DNA from: an uncultured Candidatus Saccharibacteria bacterium
GTDB taxonomy: Bacteria; Patescibacteriota; Dojkabacteria; CAZCSM01
NCBI GenBank assembly: GCA_964501355.1
Contig: CAZCSM010000002.1
Location: forward strand, 5,884 to 69,883
Direction of reading: 5' to 3'
Length of the DNA: 64,000 nucleotides
Below the pieces are notes generated by a model that ran no database searches, was not told the origin of the DNA, and saw nothing but the letters and a program-made list of their open reading frames with translations. Made by a program: the position numbers and the translations under genes. Shown here one piece after another: positions 40,346-49,511 of the stretch; position 1 is the first letter of the stretch, and the number at the start of each line of letters is the position of its first letter.

Positions 40346-40905
40346 GAAGTCCCTTCTCCTTTTAGGAGAAGGTCAGGATGAGGTGATTGTGTTGTATTTA
40401 AACCTCACCCTATCCCTCTCCTATTAGGAGAGGGGACTAGAATACAATTTTGAAATAGCACGTCTTTATGATTGTATAACAAAAGGACTTCGTTTCAAAG
40501 TAGATTCAAAGTAGAGGCAGAATGAGGATGACTGGAACAAGAAATGGATCCCGTGTCGAAGCACGGGATGACGAAGTGAAATGACACCAGCTGTCATCGC
40601 GGGCGAAGACCCGCGATCTCGGAGTACATTGATTACTGACTTTTGTGAAAAACAGTAGTTTTATATTTAATCCGAGATCCCGCATCACACCCCGAGATTC
40701 GGGGCTGTGCGGGATGACATAATATCTTCTCCCCTGAAAAGGGGAGTGGTTGCGAAGCAACCGAGGGGTGTTACCGTACACCTTCCGCCACTAATAATCG
40801 GTTTATTATTCTTCGAGCGCAACGAAGTGGAGTCGAGAAGTTCTCGACTTCGCTCGAACAATAAACCATGTCTGATTCTCCACCAGTAGTGAGCTTGTCG
40901 AATTA
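40346..40905. repeat. Dense cluster of REP-like palindromes between divergent wzm and GT2 genes
   Basis: CCTTCTCC-TTTTA-GGAGAAGG; CCTCACCCTATCCCTCTCC-TATTA-GGAGAGGG; GGATCCCGTGTCGAAGCACGGGATGAC; GTCATCGCGGGCGAAGACCCGCGATCTC; GAGATCCCGCA...TGCGGGATGAC; TCGAGCG...GTCGAGAAGTTCTCGACTTCGCTCGAA; GAGCTTGTCGAA. Confidence 0.8.
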
Positions 40906-40994
40906 TGCGGAGAAGGACACTGTGCTATGCACTAGTTGCAAACGGTTGTTTATAGTACAATATTTCTATCTGAATTTTGGCTTAAAGATTTTTA

Positions 40995-41924
40995 ATGAAA
41001 AACTTTGATCTTTCGATTGTTATACTTACATATAATGTTCGCAATTTATTAAAGGAGTGTCTTCATTCTGTTTTTAATTCCGTCGATTTCGCGAAGCTTT
41101 CTGCTGAGGTATTCGTGGTTGATAATGGTAATGATGGAACGGATAAAATGATTGGAGAATTTTTCAATCGTTCGGTAAAGTATATCCCAAATTCTTCTGA
41201 ATCCGGATATGCGGCATCGAACAATCTTGCATTAAAACAAACTTCGGGGAAATATGTTCTTCTTCTTAACCCTGATACAAAACTTCAAAATGACACGCTG
41301 AAAGTTATTTACGATTACATGGAAGAAAATCCTGATGTCGGCGTTTCGACTGCAAAGGTCGAGCTTCCAGATGGAAAATTGGATGGTGCTTGTCACAGAT
41401 CTTTTCCCACACCATGGAATGCATTAACGAGATTTTCTCATTTGTCGAAAAAATATCCGACTAGTAAGATTTTCAATCAGTATAATTTGGGATATTTGGA
41501 TATTAATACCATACACGAAGTTGATTGTTGTACTGGAGCTTTTATGTTTATTCGACGAGAATCGATAGAAGGAGGTTCTCGCCATGCTGAAGTCGGCTGG
41601 CTTGATGAAGATTATTGGGCAAATGGAGAGGATATCGATTTTTGTTATAGAATTAAGCAAGCCGGTTGGAAGATTATGTTTGTCCCGACGACAAAGATCA
41701 TTCATTATAAGGGAGCAAGTAGCGGAACGCAGCTTTCAACACAAGAGATTTCAAGTGCGGATAAAATGACGAAAAGAAGATGGATTAACGCATTTCATGA
41801 TACGATGCCGATTTTTTATAAAAAACATTACACGAAGAAATATCCGTTTTTCGTGAGATGGATAGTACTTCTGGGCGTTGAGATAAAAAGACAAATTGCA
41901 CTTAAAAAACTATTAAATAACTAA
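40995..41924 (+). CDS. Glycosyltransferase family 2 (WbbL-like)
   Basis: SIVILTYN, LLLNPDT, EVDCCTGAFM, EDIDFCYR, HYKGAS. Confidence 0.88.
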   Translation: MKNFDLSIVILTYNVRNLLKECLHSVFNSVDFAKLSAEVFVVDNGNDGTDKMIGEFFNRSVKYIPNSSESGYAASNNLALKQTSGKYVLLLNPDTKLQNDTLKVIYDYMEENPDVGVSTAKVELPDGKLDGACHRSFPTPWNALTRFSHLSKKYPTSKIFNQYNLGYLDINTIHEVDCCTGAFMFIRRESIEGGSRHAEVGWLDEDYWANGEDIDFCYRIKQAGWKIMFVPTTKIIHYKGASSGTQLSTQEISSADKMTKRRWINAFHDTMPIFYKKHYTKKYPFFVRWIVLLGVEIKRQIALKKLLNN

Positions 41925-41956
41925 TTATAATTTCAAAGTGATACTAGTTTTTTAAG

Positions 41957-42093
41957 AAATTCCAAATTCTAAATTACAAATATCAAATAAATTACAATAT
42001 ATAAAATCTCAAAATAATTATTTGTAGGTTTTGTGATTTGGCGAATTAATGTTTGAGATTTGTTTGGAAATTAAGATTTTGGATTTGGTGCTT
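41957..42093. repeat. Gene-less inverted heptamer element
   Basis: Left aaattccaaattctaaat is identical to 45534-45551; right arm 42058-42093 matches 45964-45999 at 35 of 36 nt. Confidence 0.8.
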
Positions 42094-42115
42094 TAAGATA
42101 ATGATTCTTATACAT

Positions 42116-42141
42116 GGATTCCGTGTCGAGCACGGAATGAC
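42116..42141. repeat. REP palindrome (GGAT...ATGAC type)
   Basis: GGATTCCGTGTCGAGCACGGAATGAC; relatives at 40546 and 42776. Confidence 0.7.
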
Positions 42142-42161
42142 GATTTACTTTACACATAAAA

Positions 42162-43394
42162 TTGATGCGTATTGGTATTGATGTTCGGATGATTTTTGAA
42201 TTTCCAACCGGTATTGGAAATTATCGTAAGAGTTTGATGGAAGCTCTCTTTGAGATTGATCATGAGAATGATTACATTTTAGTTGGGAACAGCAATCAGC
42301 GGTCAGCTTTCAGCGCACAGCTTGAGCAAGTGAATATTTCATTTGGAGAAATAAAATCTAAAGCTAATCATCCTCAGCAACATCTTCTCCTCAGAAGAGA
42401 ATTGCAAAAGCTTAATCTTGATGTCTTTTACACAACACCGTGGGGTGCGACTCTTGGTCTGCCATGCAAATACGTCCTGGAAATTCCTGATCTTATTTAT
42501 CACCATTATCCTCAGTTTGGCTCCTGGAAATCAAAACTTTATGAATTGTTTTTAGAGAAACCTATTGCACGAAATGCCGAGCATGTTGTAACAATTTCTG
42601 ATTTTGTTAAGACAGATATTCATAATTATCTCGGTGTCGATCTGGATGATATTTCGAATATGAAGGGGGATGTTTCTTCTGATTATCGTGTAATTGAAGA
42701 TGAGAAATTTATTAATAATGTTTTAGAGAAATATGGATTGGTGGACCCTAAATTTCGTCGGGGTAATGAAGGGGTGGATCCCGTGTCGGAGCACGGGATG
42801 ACGCCGTTCTTTGTATATCTTGGGAATCAGCGTCCGCATAAAAATTTGGTAAGTTTGTTAAAGGCGTTTGAGATTTTTAAAGACGGGGTTATTTCGTCAC
42901 CTCACCCTAGCCCTCTCCTAAGAGGAGAGGGGACAGATGTGAAGCTTGTCATTATTGGCGGTGTTGACGCAAGCGGGAGGGATGAGGATTCTTTGCGAAT
43001 TCAAAAACAACTTGGGGAAATGAAATATAAAGATGACGTTATGCTTTTGGGAAAGGTGTTTGATAATAATGAAGTTGCTGCAATTTTCAACCGCGCAATT
43101 GCTATGGTTCACCCATCAATGCATGAAGGGTTTGGTATGACTCCTCTTGAAGCAATGAGATGCGGTTGTCCAATTATTGCCTCAAATGTTACTGCTATGC
43201 CCGAGGTTGTAGGTGAAGCGGGTATTTTAATTGATCCTCTCGATCAAAATGCCATCGCAACGGCAATGTATGAACTTTTTACAAACCAGAAATTAAATAA
43301 AGATTTAAAGCAGAAATCTTTAACTCAATCTAAACTGTTTTCTTGGGAAAAAACTGCTAGAATATTGTTAGACGTATTTAGTAAATTGAAATGA
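42162..43394 (+). CDS. Glycosyltransferase family 4 with in-frame REP insertions
   Basis: [34 protein letters not shown]. Confidence 0.9.
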   Translation: MMRIGIDVRMIFEFPTGIGNYRKSLMEALFEIDHENDYILVGNSNQRSAFSAQLEQVNISFGEIKSKANHPQQHLLLRRELQKLNLDVFYTTPWGATLGLPCKYVLEIPDLIYHHYPQFGSWKSKLYELFLEKPIARNAEHVVTISDFVKTDIHNYLGVDLDDISNMKGDVSSDYRVIEDEKFINNVLEKYGLVDPKFRRGNEGVDPVSEHGMTPFFVYLGNQRPHKNLVSLLKAFEIFKDGVISSPHPSPLLRGEGTDVKLVIIGGVDASGRDEDSLRIQKQLGEMKYKDDVMLLGKVFDNNEVAAIFNRAIAMVHPSMHEGFGMTPLEAMRCGCPIIASNVTAMPEVVGEAGILIDPLDQNAIATAMYELFTNQKLNKDLKQKSLTQSKLFSWEKTARILLDVFSKLK

Positions 43395-43395
43395 G

Positions 43396-44652
43396 ATGCA
43401 GGGTTTCCAACTACAAGCCAGAAGTAAGATAGTTATTTCTGTACGGATATTAATTCAGATTGTATTTATTTTATACCTAATCTTCGCGAAGGAAGATTTT
43501 CAGAACCTTGCTGCTTTCTTAGTTGCAATCATCGCTGCGGAAGGCTACAAATTACTCGGTGCTGTAGCAATATCCCAAAATAGCAGATTCCGCGATTTGA
43601 TTGGTTTAGTAACCGGTGTACTAAACGGTATGATATTTATGATTACCTTGTATCTGACAGGCTTTGTTCAAACGGAATTGTGGATGTTCGCCTTACTTTC
43701 TGTCGCATTGACAGCTTTAGAATATGGTATTTATGGTGCCGTTGCAGAAAGTTTGGTTATGATGTCCCTTTATGTTGTAATTGGAGGAATAGAGAGTATG
43801 GACTATTCCATTTTGTTAATTCGTGCTTTTGTAACAATTCTTGTTTCTGCAATTTACGGTTATATTTCAAATCGTGAATTAGTCTTCGAGAAAAGATTTC
43901 AAGAACTGGAAAAGATGAGCAAACTTACAAAAGATCAGAAATCCAGGTTTATTGGTCTCATCTCACACAGTTTGCGGACTCCAATTACGACAATTCGCGG
44001 ATATGTTGATTTACTTGTTAATGAAAGAGCCGGAAAGCTTAAAAAGGAGCAAATGGAATTGGTGGAGAAATTAAAGGAAGAAACTAGCGAGCTTCAAGAT
44101 CTAACAGAAGACTTTCTTACTATCAGTACATTAGAGAAAGAACACATTCAGTTAGACTTCTCCGAATTCGACATATGTGGGCTTTGCAAGGAGGTTTATG
44201 AGGAAATGACACCTCGTGCAAAAGAGAAAGGTATTACCTTTAAATATGAAGACAAATCCTCTCAGTGTTCATATGAAGGTGAGAGATCCAAGCTTGAAAA
44301 TGCAATAAAGAATCTTATCGACAACGCAATCAAGTTCACGCCACAGGATGGTACGGTGACGTTATCTTTATATAATGATACGGATTATGTTTATATCGAT
44401 GTTCATGATACTGGAGTTGGAATCCCACAAAAGGAGCAAAAAGATCTTTTTGGAATGTTCTCAAGAGCAACAAACATTTTGAAATATGAGTATAAAGGTG
44501 TAGGATTAGGGCTATACATGTCTCGGCTTATTGTTGAGGCTCATGGAGGAAGAATAGAACTTGAATCAGAAGAGGGTGTTGGTAGTAAGTTTTCAATTAT
44601 TCTTCCAACCGGCAAATTAGGCAAAGTTATCAGGAAAATATCCGGAAAGTAA
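43396..44652 (+). CDS. Membrane sensor histidine kinase
   Basis: ISHSLRTP, NLIDNAIKFT, DTGVGI, GVGLGL; N-terminal TMs. Confidence 0.9.
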   Translation: MQGFQLQARSKIVISVRILIQIVFILYLIFAKEDFQNLAAFLVAIIAAEGYKLLGAVAISQNSRFRDLIGLVTGVLNGMIFMITLYLTGFVQTELWMFALLSVALTALEYGIYGAVAESLVMMSLYVVIGGIESMDYSILLIRAFVTILVSAIYGYISNRELVFEKRFQELEKMSKLTKDQKSRFIGLISHSLRTPITTIRGYVDLLVNERAGKLKKEQMELVEKLKEETSELQDLTEDFLTISTLEKEHIQLDFSEFDICGLCKEVYEEMTPRAKEKGITFKYEDKSSQCSYEGERSKLENAIKNLIDNAIKFTPQDGTVTLSLYNDTDYVYIDVHDTGVGIPQKEQKDLFGMFSRATNILKYEYKGVGLGLYMSRLIVEAHGGRIELESEEGVGSKFSIILPTGKLGKVIRKISGK

Positions 44653-44670
44653 TATTTCTTTGTTAAAGAA

Positions 44671-45057
44671 ATGGCAAATAAATACAACAAAAAGATATTA
44701 ATAATTGAGGATGAGCCGAGTGTCCTTGAGATTTATGCTAGAGAACTTGAGCACGCTGGATTTGAGGTTGTTAAAGCTTTAGACTCTGATTCGGGGTACG
44801 ATCTAGCAAAAAGTGAGAATCCAGACTTAATACTTCTGGATATAATGATTCCCGGTAGTGGAGGTCTGGATCTTCTAAGAAGATTTAAAACGGAATCAAC
44901 AACAAAGGGAATTTTAGTTGCAATGCTTACGAATCTTGATTCGATATCTATGGTCAATGATTGTTATGAACTGGGCGCAGATGCATACTTTGTTAAGGCG
45001 GAATTTCTCCCATCTGAAATTACCAAAGAGGTTATCACAATGTTAGGTCTAAATTAG
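44671..45057 (+). CDS. Single-domain response regulator (CheY-like)
   Basis: ILIIEDE, LLDIMIP, MLTN, YFVK. Confidence 0.9.
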   Translation: MANKYNKKILIIEDEPSVLEIYARELEHAGFEVVKALDSDSGYDLAKSENPDLILLDIMIPGSGGLDLLRRFKTESTTKGILVAMLTNLDSISMVNDCYELGADAYFVKAEFLPSEITKEVITMLGLN

Positions 45058-45086
45058 CAATATATTTATTATCATTAACTACAACA

Positions 45087-45473
45087 ATGGCAGAGAAAAT
45101 AAATAAGAAGATACTTATTATCGAAGATGAGGAGGCTGTCCTTGATGTATATTCGAAGGAATTAAAGTTTTCAGGTTTTGATGTAATCACTGCCCTTGAT
45201 TCGGATTCCGGTTATAAAAAAGTTCTTGAAGAAAATCCGGATATGATTCTTCTGGATATCATGCTTCCGGGGGCAAGCGGATTAGAACTTCTGAAACAGT
45301 TGAAGAATAACGAGAAAACGAAAGATATAATGGTAGTTATGCTTACGAACCTTGATGCATCGGCCGTTATTGACGAGGGATACAAACTGGGCGCTGAAGC
45401 ATATTTTATAAAAGCTGAATTCGTTCCATCCCAAATAACCGAAGAGATAAAATCATTGTTGGGTCTGTCATAG
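45087..45473 (+). CDS. Single-domain response regulator (CheY-like), tandem paralogue
   Basis: ILIIEDE, LLDIMLP, MLTN, YFIK; closely similar to the previous gene. Confidence 0.9.
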   Translation: MAEKINKKILIIEDEEAVLDVYSKELKFSGFDVITALDSDSGYKKVLEENPDMILLDIMLPGASGLELLKQLKNNEKTKDIMVVMLTNLDASAVIDEGYKLGAEAYFIKAEFVPSQITEEIKSLLGLS

Positions 45474-45529
45474 TTTCTCTTAAATGCGTTAATTATATAA
45501 TAACTCTTTAAGAAATAAGGAGGCCTTGA

Positions 45530-45999
45530 TATCAAATTCCAAATTCTAAATAACAATTTCCAAACAAATCACAATGACCAAAATCTCAAATAACAAACAA
45601 TATGATTTAGAGGAAAGAACTTTAGAATATGGTAAGAGAATTGTTAGATTCTGCAAATCTTTATCAAAAGATAAAATAAATTCTAGACTTTGTGATCAAT
45701 GTTTGCGCTCTGGAACATCTATAGGAGCGAATTATAGAGAAGCAAATGAAACAGAAACAAAAAAGGACTTTTTGTTTAGGATGAGGATATCTCGAAAGGA
45801 AGCAAAAGAGACGATTTATTGGTTACAATTAATAACAGAAGCAAATCTAGAACTAGAAAATAAGATTAAACCTTTGTTAGAAGAAACTTCTGAACTTCTA
45901 AAAATAATTTCGAGTATAATCGAGAAGTGTAAATAGTTTAGAATTTTGAATTTGTTATTTGATATTTGTTTGGAAATTGAGATTTTGGATTTGGTGCTT
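45530..45999. mobile_element. Inverted heptamer arrays flanking a four-helix-bundle gene (putative element)
   Basis: Left arm contains caatttccaaacaaat, right arm contains its exact reverse complement atttgtttggaaattg; gene-less relatives at 21176, 41957, 48520. Confidence 0.65.
45574..45936 (+). CDS. Four helix bundle protein (TIGR02436-type)
   Basis: YDLEERTLEY...DQCLRSGTSIGANYREANE...RKEAKETIYWL. Confidence 0.9.
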   Translation: MTKISNNKQYDLEERTLEYGKRIVRFCKSLSKDKINSRLCDQCLRSGTSIGANYREANETETKKDFLFRMRISRKEAKETIYWLQLITEANLELENKIKPLLEETSELLKIISSIIEKCK

Positions 46000-46046
46000 T
46001 TTATTAAGTTTTGTATTTTGTGAATTGTTAATAAGTTTAATGCTAT

Positions 46047-47201
46047 ATGAAAGATTATAAAGTCGCTCTCGTTCATGATGATCTTCTCCAGTACGGTGGA
46101 GCTGAGCGTGTGCTTGAAGTAATGCATGAGATTTGGCCGGATGCTCCAATTTACACCTCGCTATATGATAGAGAAGAGATGTTAAAAAGGGGCTGGAACG
46201 ATGATGGAATGGATATTCGGACTAGCAAGTATCAATGGTTACCGTGGAAGGCAAAATTCGGCAACAAGTTCTATCTCCCAATATTTCCACTCGCTTTTGA
46301 ATCATTTGATTTTTCAGAATACGATCTTGTGATTTCGTCATCAACAAGGTTTGCCCATGGCGTTATAACGCGACCCGAGACTTGTCATATTAGTTACTGT
46401 AACTCACCCGCAAGATTTCTCTGGATGTATCCTGATTATGAAAAGGGACATGGCGGGATTAAATCTTGGCAGAAGCTTCTTCTAGCGCCGATTCTTCATT
46501 GGCAAAGAATTTGGGATCAATTAGCTTCCCAACGGCCGGATTTTTTCTTTGGGAACTCATCTACGTCAGTTGCAAGAATTAATAAGTTTTTCAGACGTTC
46601 TGCAGAAATACTTTTTCCTCCAGCAGATGTTTCCAATTTTCTCCCAAAGCAAAAGGTTGAAAAGAAAAATTATTATGTCATTGTTGGAAGAATGGCAGGG
46701 CACAAAAGATATGATATTGCTGTTGAAGCCTTTAACAAACTTGGCTCTGATTATGAGCTTCGCTTAATCGGTTCCGGTGATAAGCTTGAAGAACTTAAAT
46801 CTATGGCAAAAGAGAATGTTAAATTCTTAGGTTTTGTTAGTAATGAAGAACGTGAAAAACAGGTCCAAGAAGCAAATGGGTTTCTTTACCCGCAGCTTGA
46901 AGATTTCGGGCTAACGGCTGTTGAAGCAAATGCTGCAGGAACACCGGTTGTTGCTTATGGAAAAGGTGGTGCTCTTGATACTATTGTTGATGGGAAGACT
47001 GGTGTTTATTTTTCTGAACAAACGTCCGATTCTTTGGTTGATGCTATTAAACGATTTGAGAAAATGGCTTTGAGTGCTGATGATTGTATAGAAAATGCAA
47101 AACGATTTGATAAGGAAATCTTCAAGTCGAAGATGAAGAAACGTGTAGAGGAAATGTTTACAGAGTATCGTGTTGATTATGGATCTAGGAAGAAATCATA
47201 G
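46047..47201 (+). CDS. Glycosyltransferase family 4 (WbaZ-like)
   Basis: VALVHDDL...GGAERVL, FDFSEYDLVISSS, EDFGLTAVEA. Confidence 0.9.
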   Translation: MKDYKVALVHDDLLQYGGAERVLEVMHEIWPDAPIYTSLYDREEMLKRGWNDDGMDIRTSKYQWLPWKAKFGNKFYLPIFPLAFESFDFSEYDLVISSSTRFAHGVITRPETCHISYCNSPARFLWMYPDYEKGHGGIKSWQKLLLAPILHWQRIWDQLASQRPDFFFGNSSTSVARINKFFRRSAEILFPPADVSNFLPKQKVEKKNYYVIVGRMAGHKRYDIAVEAFNKLGSDYELRLIGSGDKLEELKSMAKENVKFLGFVSNEEREKQVQEANGFLYPQLEDFGLTAVEANAAGTPVVAYGKGGALDTIVDGKTGVYFSEQTSDSLVDAIKRFEKMALSADDCIENAKRFDKEIFKSKMKKRVEEMFTEYRVDYGSRKKS

Positions 47202-47224
47202 TGTGTTCTAGAAAAATTGGTTAT

Positions 47225-47362
47225 GTTACTTTTGCAAACAAAAGTAACCAAAATTTCTGAAACAAACCAGTTCCGACAAATAGCAATCCGATACAATTAA
47301 CTACCGGAATGGCCCGTTTCAGACTTCATCGGTTAACAACCTAATACAAATAACAAGGGGAA
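47225..47362. repeat. Structured dispersed element, copy 4
   Basis: GTTACTTTTG-CAAA-CAAAAGTAAC-CAAAA; stem 47256-47269/47310-47323; TTCCG/CGGAA inner stem; ATACAAATAACAAGGGGAA end abutting ATG 47364. Confidence 0.85.
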
Positions 47363-47363
47363 A

Positions 47364-48503
47364 ATGGAATATGAAAAACAAAAATTGAAAGTTGCTCTTG
47401 TCCATGACTACCTCCAGTGGCACGGTGGTGCGGAGAAGGTTTTGGAGGCTTTGCATGAAATTTGGCCGGATGCTCCGGTTTATACTTCTGTTTATAATCC
47501 GGATACAATGCCGGATCTTTACAAGTCTTGGGATATCAGAACTTCCTTTATGCAAAAATTACCGTGGTGGAGCAAGTTTTTGAAACATTATTCCTTTCTT
47601 TATCCGATGGCTTTTGAGCAGTTCGACTTTTCAGAATACGACTTGGTCATTTCTTCATCTGCCGGATTTGCAAAGGGAATTATTACAAGACCAGAAACGA
47701 CTCATATTGCATATACTCATACTCCTCCTCGTTTCCAGTGGGGATATGCTACTGCAACGCGTGAAAAGCTAAACGGTTTTTACACAAACTGGATTTTGCC
47801 TCCGATTGATAATTACCTAAGGATTTGGGATCAATGTGCTGCAAAACGGGTTGATTATTTTGTATGTAATTCGAGAGAGGTACAAAAAAGAATTAAAAAG
47901 ATTTATAGACAGGATTCAACTGTAATAAATCCACCGGTCGAATTTGAACGATTTGCGGATCATGAATCGAAGAAGGAGAATTATTTTGTAACCATTGGCA
48001 GATTAGAAAGGTATAAGAATTTTGACTTATTAATAAAAGCTTTTAATAAACTTGGTCTTGATTACAAGTTAAAAATTATAGGTGGTGGAAGTGACGAAGC
48101 TTATCTTAGGTCGTTAGCACATTCAAATATCGAGTTTATGGGTCGCGCTTCTGACGATGATTTGACCAAGCTTTTGTGCAATGCAAAAGCTTTCATTTAC
48201 GCCGCAGAGGAAGATTTTGGAATTGTTATGGCGGAATCCTTAGCGGCTGGAACACCTATTGTTGCTTATGGAAAAGCGGGGGCGCTTGAAATTGTGGAAG
48301 AGAATAAAACAGGGGTGTTTTTCAAAGATCTTTCTGAAGAATCGATTGCTTCCGCGATTCATAATTTTGAAAAGATGGAATTTGATTTAGAGTATTGCAA
48401 AAAACAGGCCCAAAGATTTTCGAAGGAACGGTTTAAGAATGAAATAAAAAATTTTGTTTCAAAGTTGTTACAAAGTAGAAGCAAAGTAGATACAAATGTT
48501 TAG
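47364..48503 (+). CDS. Glycosyltransferase family 4 (WbaZ-like), tandem paralogue
   Basis: VALVHDYL...GGAEKVL, FDFSEYDLVISSS, EEDFGIVMAES. Confidence 0.9.
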   Translation: MEYEKQKLKVALVHDYLQWHGGAEKVLEALHEIWPDAPVYTSVYNPDTMPDLYKSWDIRTSFMQKLPWWSKFLKHYSFLYPMAFEQFDFSEYDLVISSSAGFAKGIITRPETTHIAYTHTPPRFQWGYATATREKLNGFYTNWILPPIDNYLRIWDQCAAKRVDYFVCNSREVQKRIKKIYRQDSTVINPPVEFERFADHESKKENYFVTIGRLERYKNFDLLIKAFNKLGLDYKLKIIGGGSDEAYLRSLAHSNIEFMGRASDDDLTKLLCNAKAFIYAAEEDFGIVMAESLAAGTPIVAYGKAGALEIVEENKTGVFFKDLSEESIASAIHNFEKMEFDLEYCKKQAQRFSKERFKNEIKNFVSKLLQSRSKVDTNV

Positions 48504-48519
48504 AAGGTTTTTATGAGAT

Positions 48520-48620
48520 AATTTCTAATTACTAATATCTAATTTCTGAACAAATTCAAAATATCAAATCCCAATCCTTGTTTAGATTAATTAGGTTAAT
48601 TAGGTCAATTAGAAATTTGG
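48520..48620. repeat. Degenerate gene-less inverted heptamer element
   Basis: aatttctaattactaatatctaatttctgaacaaattcaaaat... followed by ...aattaggtcaattagaaatttgg. Confidence 0.55.
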
Positions 48621-48668
48621 ATCGAACTGTATGACGTTATATTATTAAAATAAACATAAATTACTTAC

Positions 48669-49292
48669 ATGAAGAATTCTGTAAAAAGATTAATGGATAT
48701 TGTTATTTCTCTCTGTGCACTGATTTTAGGGTTTCCTATTTATCTTATTACTGCAATTGCCATTAAGCTGGACTCAAAAGGTCCTGTTTTTTACTCTCAA
48801 GATCGAGTCGGGAGAAATGAGAAGAATTTCAAATTCTGGAAATTTCGATCAATGGTTGTTAATGCTGATGAAATCCTTTTCAAGAATAAGGAGATGTATG
48901 AAAAGATGAGATCCGGTTCACATAAGATTGCTGATGATCCACGAATTACAAAGGTAGGAAAGTTTATTAGAAGAACGTCTATCGATGAGTTGCCTCAATT
49001 TTGGAATATATTGAAAGGTGATATGAGCTTTGTCGGTCCTCGTGCATATAGACCGGATGAGATAAAAATTTATCGGGATGAAAAAAGAGAGGGCTATGAA
49101 TTGTTTCCAAAAGTATTTTCTGTAAAACCAGGACTTACTGGTATCTGGCAAGTGTCTGGGAGATCAACTCTTACATTCCTTCAACGTGTGCAAATGGACG
49201 CTGACTATGCAGAGAATTGGACTGTTCCCGGTGATGTAAAGATTATTATTCAGACACCAATTGCGGTTATTAAAGGTGAAGGTGCGTATTAA
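48669..49292 (+). CDS. Priming sugar transferase (undecaprenyl-phosphate glycosylphosphotransferase)
   Basis: KRLMDI, KFRSM, DPRITKVGKFIRRTSIDELPQ, KPGLTGIWQVSGRS. Confidence 0.92.
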   Translation: MKNSVKRLMDIVISLCALILGFPIYLITAIAIKLDSKGPVFYSQDRVGRNEKNFKFWKFRSMVVNADEILFKNKEMYEKMRSGSHKIADDPRITKVGKFIRRTSIDELPQFWNILKGDMSFVGPRAYRPDEIKIYRDEKREGYELFPKVFSVKPGLTGIWQVSGRSTLTFLQRVQMDADYAENWTVPGDVKIIIQTPIAVIKGEGAY

Positions 49293-49511
49293 TAAGTAAT
49301 AGTTAAAAAGTAATAAGTAATAAGAGCGGCATTACAGTTACATGTTTGATTGTCAAAAGTCGGAATGTCTATAACGCCGAAAGGAAGATGCTTTGTTATT
49401 CCGGATATGTTGCATGACACTGTGTATAAAACTTCAGAAAATTACACTGTTAGCTGTTAGCTGAACTTTTTGTTATACTGAATCTTGATTTCGAATTGCC
49501 CTTACATTGTA

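Noticed and set aside
40506-40889. ORFs 40506-40781 (-) and 40707-40889 (+)
   Set aside because: They are translations of stacked REP palindromes with no protein-like features.
8137-45936. Diversity-generating retroelement suggested by three Avd-like four-helix-bundle genes
   Set aside because: No reverse transcriptase, and I saw no template/variable repeat pair differing at adenines in the window.
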